This document shows positions 20,279 to 30,706 of a stretch of 40,985 bases of DNA, piece by piece. Origin of the DNA: Clostridia bacterium (GTDB taxonomy: Bacteria; Bacillota; Clostridia; UMGS1883; UMGS1540). Made by a program: the position numbers and the translations under genes. The DNA lies in the NCBI GenBank assembly GCA_045592225.1, contig JAZNUH010000094.1, positions 1-40,985 of the forward strand, in the 5' to 3' direction. Under the pieces are notes generated by a model that was not told the origin of the DNA, searched no databases, and was given only the letters and a program-made list of their open reading frames with translations. Position 1 is the stretch's first letter, and the number at the start of each line of letters is the position of its first letter.

Positions 20279-20516
20279 AATACCCCTGTTTTTTTATGTG
20301 TATATATAATAAGGAAGAAACTCGGTCAATTTTAATTAAAAAGAGAGGTGAAAATGCCCTTAAGACCGCTGTTTTGGTCAGCCTGAAACAAAGTGTTTTT
20401 TAACACACTTTAAGAGGCACAAAAAACCAACAAAAACACCCCTGAAAAACCATGCGATTATAAGCCGGTTTATGGCGTAAAAACACCCCTGTTTTACACC
20501 CTGAAACAGGGGTATT
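20279..20516. repeat. Cluster of ACCCCTG-core repeats: a 13-bp perfect inverted pair and a 13-bp direct pair
   Basis: aatacccctgttt (20279-20291) is the exact reverse complement of aaacaggggtatt (20504-20516); aaaaacacccctg occurs at 20432-20444 and 20479-20491. Confidence 0.7.
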
Positions 20517-20869
20517 TCACCCTCTTTTTTACACAAAAATTCGCATTTTTACGGCATTTTAAGCCAAAAAAATCTGTATGTATTTCAGGGCGAAAACCGG
20601 TGTTTTACCCTCAACTTTACCTAAATTTTAATAACATATAATGTAAAATAATCCATAAAAAGTAAAATATATTTCCAAAAAATGTAAGAAAAATTTAGAT
20701 TGACATATTTTTTTCTAAAAAATTTAAAAATTTTTGTAACAATTTTTTAATTATTTCTAAATATTTGAAATGCCCTTGTATCAAGGGATAGAGGAAATTT
20801 GCCGGAGAGGAGTGAAATGTAAATAAAAGGCAACGGTGGTATAAAAAGTTAAAAAAATAATATAATAAT

Positions 20870-20898
20870 TTGACAAAAGCCATTTTTTTGGGTAAAAT
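20870..20898 (+). promoter_or_regulatory. sigmaA promoter for the YabE-like gene
   Basis: TTGACA (20870-20875)-N17-TAAAAT (20893-20898). Confidence 0.78.
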
Positions 20899-20920
20899 AT
20901 CAAACGAACGAGGTGATTTG

Positions 20921-22135
20921 ATGTTTAAAACAAGCGGATTGTTAAGCAAACAGCTTGGAAAATTACTTACCGTTGTTCTTGCAATAACAATCCTTGTTAC
21001 AGTATCGATTCTCTTTTCGGCATCTACAGTTGAAAAAACAGTTAACATTTATGCAGATGATAATGTAACAATTACAGGCACTAAAGCAACAACAGTTACA
21101 GGTGCTCTGGATGAGGCAGGTATTAAACTTTCTTCTCTGGATATGGTTGTACCTGACGGAACCACTCCGGTGTGTGCCGGAATGGACATTAAAGTATACA
21201 GAGCAATCAATGTTGCAATAGTAACAGACGAAAAGGCCATAACAAAAATACTTTCTGCAAGAAACGTAGGAGAGGCCTTGAAGAAAGCCGGAGTAGAACC
21301 CGGACTTTACGATATGGTTATGCCCGATGCCAGCAGTGAAGTTTATGACGGTATGATCATAACAGTTAAAAAAGCTACTAATCTCAAACTGAATATTCAC
21401 GGAACAGGATATGATATATCCACACAGGCTGAAACAGTCGGCACTCTTTTCGAGAGCATGGGCATTAAAATTTCGGAGGAAGAACGCGTAAACGTTGATC
21501 TTACCCAGCCCATTACCGAAGGAATGAACATTGATATAATAAAGCTTGGAAAGAACTATGTTGATGTAATTGAAGACATTCCCTACGGTACAGATGTTAA
21601 GTACACTGATGAACTTGAAAAAGGTGATTCGCGTAAGGCGAGCGACGGTAAGCTCGGTAAGCAGACAGTAACATATCTGGTTTCATATGAAAACGGCGTT
21701 GAGGTATCCAGAGAGGTTACAGGCAAAATGGTAATAGAACAGCCTGTAAACGAAGTTTATGAGTACGGCACCGCAACCTTTGTGGTAACAAGCAGGGGAG
21801 AACGTGTACGTGCACGCAGAACACTCAACGTAGTTGCAACAGCTTATGACTTATCCTACGAAAGCTGTGGCAAAAACCCCGGTGACAGAGGTTACGGAAT
21901 AACAGCCAGCGGTATGCCGGCACAGTACGGTGTTATTGCTGTTGACAGAAGCGTAATCCCTCTGGGAACAAGACTTTATGTAGAAGCGCCTGACGGTTCG
22001 TGGAGCTATGGCTATTGTATAGCAGGTGACACAGGCGGCGGTATCCGCGGCAACCGTATCGACCTTTTCTACAATTCAAGACAGGAAGCAATCAATTTTG
22101 GCAGACGAAACGCGGTTGTTTATGTGCTTGACTGA
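20921..22135 (+). CDS. YabE/Sps-like cell wall protein: signal/TM, three DUF348 (ubiquitin-like) repeats, G5 domain, 3D lytic transglycosylase-like domain
   Basis: Three TV..AL..AG...D.V.P-type repeats, a G5-like segment (G.LG...VTY...YENG.EV.RE....V..QPV.EV...GT) and a 3D domain (ATAY...GITASG...IAVD..VIPLGT.LYV...AGDTGG.I.GNRIDL). The ATG at 20921 follows a GAGGTG RBS. Confidence 0.9.
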   Translation: MFKTSGLLSKQLGKLLTVVLAITILVTVSILFSASTVEKTVNIYADDNVTITGTKATTVTGALDEAGIKLSSLDMVVPDGTTPVCAGMDIKVYRAINVAIVTDEKAITKILSARNVGEALKKAGVEPGLYDMVMPDASSEVYDGMIITVKKATNLKLNIHGTGYDISTQAETVGTLFESMGIKISEEERVNVDLTQPITEGMNIDIIKLGKNYVDVIEDIPYGTDVKYTDELEKGDSRKASDGKLGKQTVTYLVSYENGVEVSREVTGKMVIEQPVNEVYEYGTATFVVTSRGERVRARRTLNVVATAYDLSYESCGKNPGDRGYGITASGMPAQYGVIAVDRSVIPLGTRLYVEAPDGSWSYGYCIAGDTGGGIRGNRIDLFYNSRQEAINFGRRNAVVYVLD

Positions 22136-22167
22136 TTTCGACATACTCTTCTTTTATGGAGTGGTAC

Positions 22168-22208
22168 AAAGATGTGCTCATACAGTTATGTGTGAGCACA
22201 TCTTTTTT
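22168..22208 (+). terminator. Rho-independent terminator
   Basis: aaagatgtgctca...tgagcacatcttt stem followed by T6. Confidence 0.85.
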
Positions 22209-22255
22209 GTAATTTTGAAAATTAAAAAAATTTTCGCAAAAAATAAAAATATATG

Positions 22256-22284
22256 TTGACTTGCAACATTTTTTTTGCTATACT
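22256..22284 (+). promoter_or_regulatory. sigmaA promoter (extended -10) for ptsH
   Basis: TTGACT-N17-TATACT with TG at 22276-22277. Confidence 0.75.
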
Positions 22285-22318
22285 AATTTCTATAAATAAA
22301 CGAGAAGGAGCGTAACTT

Positions 22319-22582
22319 ATGTTAGCTAAAGACGTTGTAATACAAAATCAAGTTGGCTTGCACGCTCGTCCTGCAACATTTTTTATCCAGAAAGCTAACG
22401 AGTTTACGTCGAGCATATGGGTTGAAAAGGATGAGAGAAAGGTTAATGCAAAAAGCCTGCTCGGGGTACTTTCCCTCGGTATAGCGGGTGGAACAAATAT
22501 AACCATCATCGCTGACGGTGCAGACGAAAACGAAGCAGTTGATGCTTTATGTGACCTTATCAACTCAAACTTTGCTGAATAA
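22319..22582 (+). CDS. ptsH: Phosphocarrier protein HPr
   Basis: GLHARPA (His15) and NAKSLLG (Ser46); 87 aa; AAGGAG RBS. Confidence 0.95.
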   Translation: MLAKDVVIQNQVGLHARPATFFIQKANEFTSSIWVEKDERKVNAKSLLGVLSLGIAGGTNITIIADGADENEAVDALCDLINSNFAE

Positions 22583-22592
22583 AAACTAATAC

Positions 22593-22621
22593 AAAAAAAC
22601 AGTCCGTGTGGGCTGTTTTTT
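22593..22621 (+). terminator. Rho-independent terminator after ptsH
   Basis: aaaaaaacagtcc-gtgt-gggctgtttttt. Confidence 0.7.
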
Positions 22622-22658
22622 GACGTGTGGAATATGATAAGAAATTGGGAAGAGGAAT

Positions 22659-24497
22659 ATGAATAATAAAATAAGTGAAAAACTTAAACAGCTTCCTGAC
22701 CTGCCCGGGGTATACATCATGAGGGACAGTACCAGGCTTATTATCTATATCGGAAAAGCCAAAAACCTTAAAAACCGCGTCAAGCAGTATTTCGGCAGCG
22801 GCAGTGGTCATACACCCAAGGTTGCGGCTATGGTGGAGAAGATTGACGAATTTGAATATATAATTACAGACAGCGAGTTTGAGGCACTGTGCCTTGAGTG
22901 TAATCTTATAAAAAAGCATAAGCCGAGATACAATATTCTGCTGAAGGACGATAAAGGCTATCCCTTTATAAAGGTTACGGTAAAGGATGAATTTCCGCGC
23001 ATAAGCCTTGCGCGTAAAAGCGAAAACGACGGTGCAAAATATTTTGGCCCCTACCCAAACAGCGCTGTAATACGTGACACAATAGATGTTTTGCGTAAAA
23101 TTTTTAAAATTCAGCATTGCGGGAAGCAGTTTCCGAGGGACATTGGCAAAGAACGCCCTTGCCTTTACTATTCCATGAACAGGTGTATGGCGCCCTGCTC
23201 GGGTAATATTGACAGTAAAGAGTATAGAAAGGTGTTTGAGCAGATATGCGGCTTTTTAGAGGGTAAACACAGTAAACTGATTGCAGAGCTTAAAGCCGAC
23301 ATGCAAAAGGCGGTGGATGAGCTTGCCTTTGAACGCGCCGCGGCAATACGTGACAGAATTGTGGGTATAGAAAAAATATCCGAGGGACAAAAGGTTACTG
23401 CAGGTACCTTGCACGAGGCGGATATAATTGCTCTGGCGCACGATGATGACCTTGCGGTGTTTACCTGCTTTTTTGTTCGCGGTAATAAGCTTGTGGGCAG
23501 CCGCACCTTTAAACAAAGCGGTATGCTTATATTAAACGAGGAGGCAGCGGTTTCCGAGTTTATAAGTGCATATTACAGCGCGGATAATGATATACCTGCC
23601 CGCGTGGTTTGCGCGGTATCTCCCGGCAATATGGAGGAGATAGCAAGGTGGCTTACCGACAAAAAGGGTAAAAAGGTAACAGTAATGGAACCTAAAAGAG
23701 GCGAGGTACGAAAGCTTGCCGATATGGCAATAAAAAACAGCAGACATTCGCTTATGGAATATAAGCTTAATATACTCAAAAAGAATGACAAAAATCTTGC
23801 CCTGCGTGAGCTGGCAGAGGCATTGGGATTACCTGAAGAACCCGAGGTAATAGAGGCATACGATATTTCCAACACAGGCGGCGAGGAAAATGTAGGCTCC
23901 ATGGTTACATTTATTTCGGGCAAAAAAAGCTCAAAGGATTATAAGCGCTTTAAAATAAAAAACATTGTTGGCTCAAACGACTATGAGTGCATGAAGGAGG
24001 TTCTTGTAAGGCGGTTTATCCACTACCACGAGGATAAATCGGGCGGATTTAAAAGACTGCCCTCACTCATTTTAGTTGACGGCGGACGCGGCCATGTAAG
24101 TGCCGCAAAGGAAGCACTGGGTTATCTTGATATTAATGTGCCTGTTTACGGCATGGTAAAGGACGACAGGCACAAAACCTCAAACCTTACCGATGAAAAT
24201 GCCGTTGTGGGTCTTACACCCGGCACTCCTGCCTTTCGTCTTGTAACACAAATTCAGGACGAGGCGCACAGGTTTGCAATAACCTACCACAAAAGCCTGC
24301 GCAGTAAAAAGACATTTGAGAGCGAGCTTTCGGGCATAAAGGGTGTGGGTGAGGCGAGAAGACGCGCTCTTATGAAGCATTTTAAGAGTGTTAAAAAAAT
24401 AAAAGAGGCGGATATTGCCGCCCTGTCACAGGTCCCCGGTATTGACAGTGCAACTGCAAAAAATATTTACGATTATTTTGCGGGGGACAAAAATTAA
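22659..24497 (+). CDS. uvrC: Excinuclease ABC subunit C
   Basis: GIY-YIG (PGVY...IYIGKAKNLKNRV), PRYNILLKDDK.YP, UVR domain (FERAAAIRD), RNase H-like (YDISN, VDGG.G, DEAHRFAI) and HhH (GVG, VPGI). Confidence 0.97.
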   Translation: MNNKISEKLKQLPDLPGVYIMRDSTRLIIYIGKAKNLKNRVKQYFGSGSGHTPKVAAMVEKIDEFEYIITDSEFEALCLECNLIKKHKPRYNILLKDDKGYPFIKVTVKDEFPRISLARKSENDGAKYFGPYPNSAVIRDTIDVLRKIFKIQHCGKQFPRDIGKERPCLYYSMNRCMAPCSGNIDSKEYRKVFEQICGFLEGKHSKLIAELKADMQKAVDELAFERAAAIRDRIVGIEKISEGQKVTAGTLHEADIIALAHDDDLAVFTCFFVRGNKLVGSRTFKQSGMLILNEEAAVSEFISAYYSADNDIPARVVCAVSPGNMEEIARWLTDKKGKKVTVMEPKRGEVRKLADMAIKNSRHSLMEYKLNILKKNDKNLALRELAEALGLPEEPEVIEAYDISNTGGEENVGSMVTFISGKKSSKDYKRFKIKNIVGSNDYECMKEVLVRRFIHYHEDKSGGFKRLPSLILVDGGRGHVSAAKEALGYLDINVPVYGMVKDDRHKTSNLTDENAVVGLTPGTPAFRLVTQIQDEAHRFAITYHKSLRSKKTFESELSGIKGVGEARRRALMKHFKSVKKIKEADIAALSQVPGIDSATAKNIYDYFAGDKN

Positions 24498-24591
24498 TTA
24501 TTAAATTTTCAAAAAATACTTTACAAAGTGAATGTTTTGTAGTACTGTGTAAATATTATTAACTGTCTGCAAAGAAATTTCGGAGGTAAAA

Positions 24592-26664
24592 ATGGCAAAG
24601 AATCTTGTTATTGTTGAGTCACCTGCTAAGGCTAAAACAATAAAAAAATACCTGGGCAAGGATTTTGAAGTGGTTGCGTCTATGGGTCACCTGCGCGACT
24701 TACCCAAAAGCCAGCTGGGTGTTGATATAGAAAATGACTTTGAACCCAGATATATAACTATTCGCGGCAAGGGTGAGCTTTTAGGTAAGCTCAAAAAGGA
24801 TGCTAAAACAGCAAAGCACGTTTATCTCGCAGCCGATCCTGACCGTGAAGGAGAGGCTATATCCTGGCATCTTGCACAGTGTCTTGAAATAGACCCTGCA
24901 TCAAAGTGCAGAATAACTTTTAATGAAATTACAAAAAATGCGGTGAAAGCGGCTGTGAAAGAACCCAAGGGTATTGATATAAACCTTGTAAACGCACAGC
25001 AGGCACGCAGAATACTTGACAGAATAGTTGGCTATAAGCTCAGCCCGCTGCTCTGGAAAAAGGTTAAAAAGGGACTCAGCGCAGGAAGAGTTCAATCTGC
25101 AGTTACCGGAATAGTTGTTGACAGAGAACGCGAAATCGAAAAATTTATTCCCGAGGAATACTGGACAATAGAAGCAAATCTTACCGACGAAAAGGGCAAA
25201 AATGCCTTCAAGGCAAAATTCCACGGCGTAGGAGGTAAGAAAAAGGCAATAGCCGACGGGGATACAGCAAAGGAAATACTCGCAAAGGCAGAAAATGCAA
25301 AGTATGCTATAAAAACGGCAAAGTACGGCGAAAAGAAAAAGTCGCCCCTGCCTCCCTTTACTACAAGTACCCTGCAGCAGGAAGCATCAAGAAGACTTGG
25401 CTTTACATCCAAAAGAACAATGGCGGCAGCACAGACTCTGTACGAGGGTGTTGACGTTCAGGGTCATGGCACATTGGGTCTTATCACATATATGCGTACC
25501 GACTCGCTGCGTATTTCGGCAGAGGCTATGGCAGCGGCTGCAGACTTTATAAACGCAAACTACGGTAAGGAATTTTTGCCCTCCGCACCCCGCCACTTTA
25601 AAACAGGTAAAGCGGCGCAGGATGCCCACGAAGCAATAAGACCTACCGATGTTACTATAACACCCGAAAAGGCAAAGGCTACCCTGACTGCCGACCAGTA
25701 TAAGCTTTATAAGCTTATCTGGGAAAGATTTATGGCAAGTCAGATGGCGGTTGCTGTTTATTCCACTCTGGCTATAGATATTGATGCCGAGGGACTCTGG
25801 TTTAAGGCATCCTTCTCAAAGGTTAAGTTTAAGGGATATGAATACATTTACGAGGACGGCAGAGAGGAAGAGGATGTAAACCATCTGTTACCCTCATTCG
25901 CAGAAGGACAGGAGCTTAAGCTCTCTAAAATTCTGCCCGAGCAGCATTTTACCGAGCCACCTTCAAGATACACAGAAGGCTCACTTATTAAGGCTATGGA
26001 GGAGAGAGGCATTGGCAGACCCAGTACCTATGCCCCCACCATTACCACCATTCTGGCAAGAGGATATGTGGTGCGTGAAAAGAAGCTTTTGAAACCCACA
26101 GAGCTTGGCTATGTTACCACCGACCTTATGAAGGAATACTTCTCGGATATAGTTAATGTTGAATTTACTGCCGATATGGAAGGACGTCTTGATAAAATCG
26201 AGGACGGCGATCTGGAATGGGTATCCATACTCAAGGACTTTTACGGACCATTTAAAAACGAGCTTGACCACGCCGATTCTGTTATAGGTAAGGTTGAGGT
26301 TAAGGACGAGGAGTCGGACGAAATCTGCGAAAAGTGCGGCAGAACAATGGTATATAAAATGGGCAGATTTGGTAAGTTTTTGGCTTGCCCCGGTTTCCCA
26401 CAGTGCAGAAATGCAAAGCCCATTATTATTGACACAGGTGTAACCTGCCCCAAATGCGGCGGCAAAATTACCGAACGCAAATCCCAACGCGGAAAGAAAT
26501 ACTATGCCTGTGAAAACAGTGCAAAATGCGGTACTGTTTTATGGGATATGCCTTCAAAAGAGGTGTGCGAAAAATGCGGCGGCGTTAAGGTTATAAAAAA
26601 TTCCAGAAGCGGAAAGAAAACAGTTTGTCCTAACAAGGAATGTGAGGAGAACACAAAGAAATGA
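24592..26664 (+). CDS. topA: DNA topoisomerase I with three C-terminal Zn ribbons
   Basis: LVIVESPAKAK, DPDREGEAI, SAGRVQS, ITYMRTDS (catalytic Tyr), GIGRPSTY and three CxxC...C repeats. Confidence 0.98.
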   Translation: MAKNLVIVESPAKAKTIKKYLGKDFEVVASMGHLRDLPKSQLGVDIENDFEPRYITIRGKGELLGKLKKDAKTAKHVYLAADPDREGEAISWHLAQCLEIDPASKCRITFNEITKNAVKAAVKEPKGIDINLVNAQQARRILDRIVGYKLSPLLWKKVKKGLSAGRVQSAVTGIVVDREREIEKFIPEEYWTIEANLTDEKGKNAFKAKFHGVGGKKKAIADGDTAKEILAKAENAKYAIKTAKYGEKKKSPLPPFTTSTLQQEASRRLGFTSKRTMAAAQTLYEGVDVQGHGTLGLITYMRTDSLRISAEAMAAAADFINANYGKEFLPSAPRHFKTGKAAQDAHEAIRPTDVTITPEKAKATLTADQYKLYKLIWERFMASQMAVAVYSTLAIDIDAEGLWFKASFSKVKFKGYEYIYEDGREEEDVNHLLPSFAEGQELKLSKILPEQHFTEPPSRYTEGSLIKAMEERGIGRPSTYAPTITTILARGYVVREKKLLKPTELGYVTTDLMKEYFSDIVNVEFTADMEGRLDKIEDGDLEWVSILKDFYGPFKNELDHADSVIGKVEVKDEESDEICEKCGRTMVYKMGRFGKFLACPGFPQCRNAKPIIIDTGVTCPKCGGKITERKSQRGKKYYACENSAKCGTVLWDMPSKEVCEKCGGVKVIKNSRSGKKTVCPNKECEENTKK

Positions 26665-27962
26665 AAATAACCGTTATAGGCGGAGGACTGGCAGGCTGTG
26701 AGGCGGCGTGGTATGCTGCCAACGCAGGCGCAAAGGTAGTCCTTAAAGAAATGAAACCAAATAAATATTCACCGGCTCACAAGGCAAACAAGCTTTGTGA
26801 GCTTGTTTGCAGTAATTCCCTTAAAGCTGACAGATTGGACAGCGCAGGCGGACTTTTAAAAAAAGAGATGGAAATGTTCGGCTCGGTTGTGTGCGCGGCG
26901 GCTGCACAAACACGGGTGCCCGCAGGCGGTGCATTGGCGGTTGACAGGGAAAAGTTTGCCGATTTGGTTACAGATATGCTTTCAAGGCACCCCAATATAG
27001 AAATAGTAACAGAGGAAGTAAAACAAATCCCCCGCGAAGGTGTGGTAATTGTTGCGGCAGGCCCCCTTGTGGAAGGTGAGCTTGCACAGGATATAAAAGA
27101 GCTTACAGGCGATTACTTCAGCTTTTACGATGCGGCGGCACCCATTGTAACAAGAGAAAGTATAGATATGGAAAGTGCTTTTCTGGGCGCACGCTACGGC
27201 AGAGGGGGAGATGATTACATAAACTGCCCCATGACCCGCGAGGAGTATTATGACTTTTATACGGCACTTATAACCGCTGAAAGAGCAGAACTTCACGAGG
27301 GGATTGAAAACCCCAGGGTGTTTGAAGGATGTATGCCGGTGGAGATAATGGCGGCAAGGGGAGAGGAAACCCTTTTGTACGGTCCCTTAAAGCCTGTGGG
27401 ACTTTATGACCCCAAAACAGGCAAGCGCCCCTTTGCAGTTGTTCAGCTTCGTCAGGATAACCGCGAGGGCACCTTATATAGTCCTGTGGGCTTTCAGACA
27501 AATCTTAAGTGGGGCGAGCAAAAGAGAGTATTCTCTATGATACCTGCACTTAAAAATGCAGAATTTGCACGCTACGGTGTAATGCACAGAAACAGTTTTA
27601 TAAACTCACCGCAGCTTTTGGAAAAGGATTTTTCACTTAAAAGCAACAGGAACATATTTTTTGCAGGGCAGATAACAGGTGTGGAGGGCTACACCGAATC
27701 TGCAATGAGCGGCATACTTGCAGGAATAAATGCGGTGAGAAGATGCAAGGGTGAAGAAGAATTTATCCTGCCCCGTGAAACCATGATGGGTGCACTTACC
27801 GATTATGTTACCGGTGGAGCAACAGGCGACTTTCAGCCTATGAATGCAAATTTCGGGATTATACCGCCCCTTGAAACAAGAATTAAAGATAAAAAAGAAA
27901 GATACACGGCACTTGCACAACGTTCTCTGGAACTTCTGGGTAAAACAAAGAGCTTTTTATAA
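26661..27962 (+). CDS. trmFO: Folate/FAD-dependent tRNA m5U54 methyltransferase TrmFO (Gid)
   Basis: GGGLAGCEAA, ELVCSNS, FEGCMP, GFQT.LKWGEQ, RYGVMHRN and AGQITGVEGY; conserved topA-trmFO synteny. Confidence 0.96.
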   Translation: MKITVIGGGLAGCEAAWYAANAGAKVVLKEMKPNKYSPAHKANKLCELVCSNSLKADRLDSAGGLLKKEMEMFGSVVCAAAAQTRVPAGGALAVDREKFADLVTDMLSRHPNIEIVTEEVKQIPREGVVIVAAGPLVEGELAQDIKELTGDYFSFYDAAAPIVTRESIDMESAFLGARYGRGGDDYINCPMTREEYYDFYTALITAERAELHEGIENPRVFEGCMPVEIMAARGEETLLYGPLKPVGLYDPKTGKRPFAVVQLRQDNREGTLYSPVGFQTNLKWGEQKRVFSMIPALKNAEFARYGVMHRNSFINSPQLLEKDFSLKSNRNIFFAGQITGVEGYTESAMSGILAGINAVRRCKGEEEFILPRETMMGALTDYVTGGATGDFQPMNANFGIIPPLETRIKDKKERYTALAQRSLELLGKTKSFL

Positions 27963-27969
27963 AAAAGTA

Positions 27970-27998
27970 TTGACGGACATTCCTTATTTTGATAAAAT
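27970..27998 (+). promoter_or_regulatory. sigmaA promoter (extended -10) for guaB
   Basis: TTGACG-N17-TAAAAT with TG at 27990-27991. Confidence 0.75.
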
Positions 27999-28024
27999 AG
28001 AAAAAAGTGCAGAAAGGAAAGTGA

Positions 28025-29488
<1,464 letters not shown>

Positions 29489-29598
29489 TCTTCGGCGGGA
29501 TGTTAAAATTCCGCATACCGCAAAAGACAGTTTGTATATGATTTAACATTTTTAAATAAATGTGCTTACAAAAGATAAAATACATTTAAGTTTTAGAG

Positions 29599-29630
29599 GA
29601 ACAAACCCAAAATCGGGTTTGTTCTTTTTT
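29599..29630 (+). terminator. Rho-independent terminator after guaB
   Basis: gaacaaaccc-aaaatc-gggtttgttc followed by T6. Confidence 0.8.
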
Positions 29631-29642
29631 GTGTCTTTTGCT

Positions 29643-29698
29643 ATAAACGAATATGACCGCCGATATACCTCGTATAATCGGCGGTCATGTTCGTTTAT
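29643..29698. repeat. Long inverted repeat (22-bp arms, one mismatch) downstream of the LysR gene
   Basis: ataaacgaatatgaccgccgat / atcggcggtcatgttcgtttat with a 12-nt spacer. Confidence 0.75.
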
Positions 29699-29724
29699 TC
29701 TGCAAAATTTTTCCTATCCCTTAT

Positions 29725-30600
29725 TTACTGCTCAATAAATTTCAAAAACTCCTGTGCCGCAAGAGAAAGCGGATTATGTTTAAGATATGCATAGCCTATG
29801 CTGCGTGCGGGAATGGGAGGAGTAAGGTTCATTTTTAAAACTCTTCCGCTGTCTATGGCATCCTTTGAAAATTCCTCTATAACACAGGCGACACCCAAAT
29901 GAATGGATGCAAAACGCAGCAGAAGGTCATGCGCCGCCATTTCGATATGAGGCTCAAGGGTAATTTTATCCGACTCAAAAATTTTGTTTATATATCTTCG
30001 TGTGGATGAATTTTCTTCAAGTAAAATAAGCGGCTCCTTTGCCATTTGTCCTCGCGTATATGTCTTTTTTGCGTTGTAGTCTGCGCCGCACACAAAAACA
30101 TCGTGTATTTCAAAACAGGGTTTGATTTCAAGCTCATCATCCTCGGCGGGCATATTTACAAAGGCAAGCTCTGCCTTGCCCTCTTTTACAAGAGCGAGCA
30201 TACGCGACGAATAGGAGTTTGCCATTTCAATATGTATTTCGGGATATGTGGCATGAAACTTTTCAAGATAGGGGAGCAGATAGTGGCTTGTAATTGTATC
30301 ACCTGCGGCAATAACAAGCGAGCCGCTGTCTAAATGATGAAGCCTGGCAAGCAGAGTTTCGCCCTGCTCTATTGACAAAATTGCATTTTCCACCTTCTGA
30401 AAAAGCAGTTCACCCTCTTTTGTAAGGGTAACACCGCGGCGTGAACGTACAAACAACTGTGTGTTCAAATCCTGTTCAAGCTGATGAATGCACTGGGATA
30501 TCGCCGACTGTGAAATGTAAAGATGGCGTGCCGCTGTAGAAAATGAAGCGTGGCGTGCGGTTTCGTAGAAAATTTTATAATAATCCAGCTTTGTTTGCAT
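29725..30600 (-). CDS. LysR family transcriptional regulator
   Basis: HTH SFSTAARHLYISQSAISQCIHQLEQDL...LFVRSRRGVTLT.EG plus a substrate-binding domain. The ATG at 30600 follows AAGGAG. Confidence 0.95.
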   Translation of the reverse strand: MQTKLDYYKIFYETARHASFSTAARHLYISQSAISQCIHQLEQDLNTQLFVRSRRGVTLTKEGELLFQKVENAILSIEQGETLLARLHHLDSGSLVIAAGDTITSHYLLPYLEKFHATYPEIHIEMANSYSSRMLALVKEGKAELAFVNMPAEDDELEIKPCFEIHDVFVCGADYNAKKTYTRGQMAKEPLILLEENSSTRRYINKIFESDKITLEPHIEMAAHDLLLRFASIHLGVACVIEEFSKDAIDSGRVLKMNLTPPIPARSIGYAYLKHNPLSLAAQEFLKFIEQ

Positions 30601-30615
30601 ATAAGCACTCCTTAT
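30601..30615. promoter_or_regulatory. Putative LysR recognition box (T-N11-A inverted repeat)
   Basis: ATAAG-cactc-CTTAT overlaps the lysR RBS and lies ~22 bp upstream of the divergent -35. Confidence 0.6.
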
Positions 30616-30637
30616 CACTGTTGTAAGATATATCTAT

Positions 30638-30666
30638 TTTACTTATGTCTTTAATTGTATTATAAT
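30638..30666 (+). promoter_or_regulatory. sigmaA promoter for the CofE-like gene
   Basis: TTTACT-N17-TATAAT; the weak -35 is consistent with activator dependence. Confidence 0.65.
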
Positions 30667-30706
30667 AAGTAAGGTGATAAAAGTCAATAATCGGGAGGAG
30701 ATTTTT

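Noticed and set aside
20354-20386. Small ORF MPLRPLFWSA after GAGGTG
   Set aside because: Only 10 codons with short RBS spacing and no other support. It cannot be distinguished from chance.
20200-20870. c-di-AMP (ydaO) riboswitch or replication origin ahead of the 3D-domain gene
   Set aside because: I found no ydaO conserved segments, the promoter sits directly before the gene leaving no leader, and I saw no TTATCCACA DnaA-box cluster.
20870-20920. ORF-track start of the YabE-like gene at TTG 20870
   Set aside because: That TTG is the -35 box (TTGACA). The RBS-supported start is 20921 (or TTG 20918).
29590-29598. GTTTTAGAG, the start of type II-A CRISPR repeats
   Set aside because: A single 9-mer with no repeat-spacer periodicity and no cas genes.
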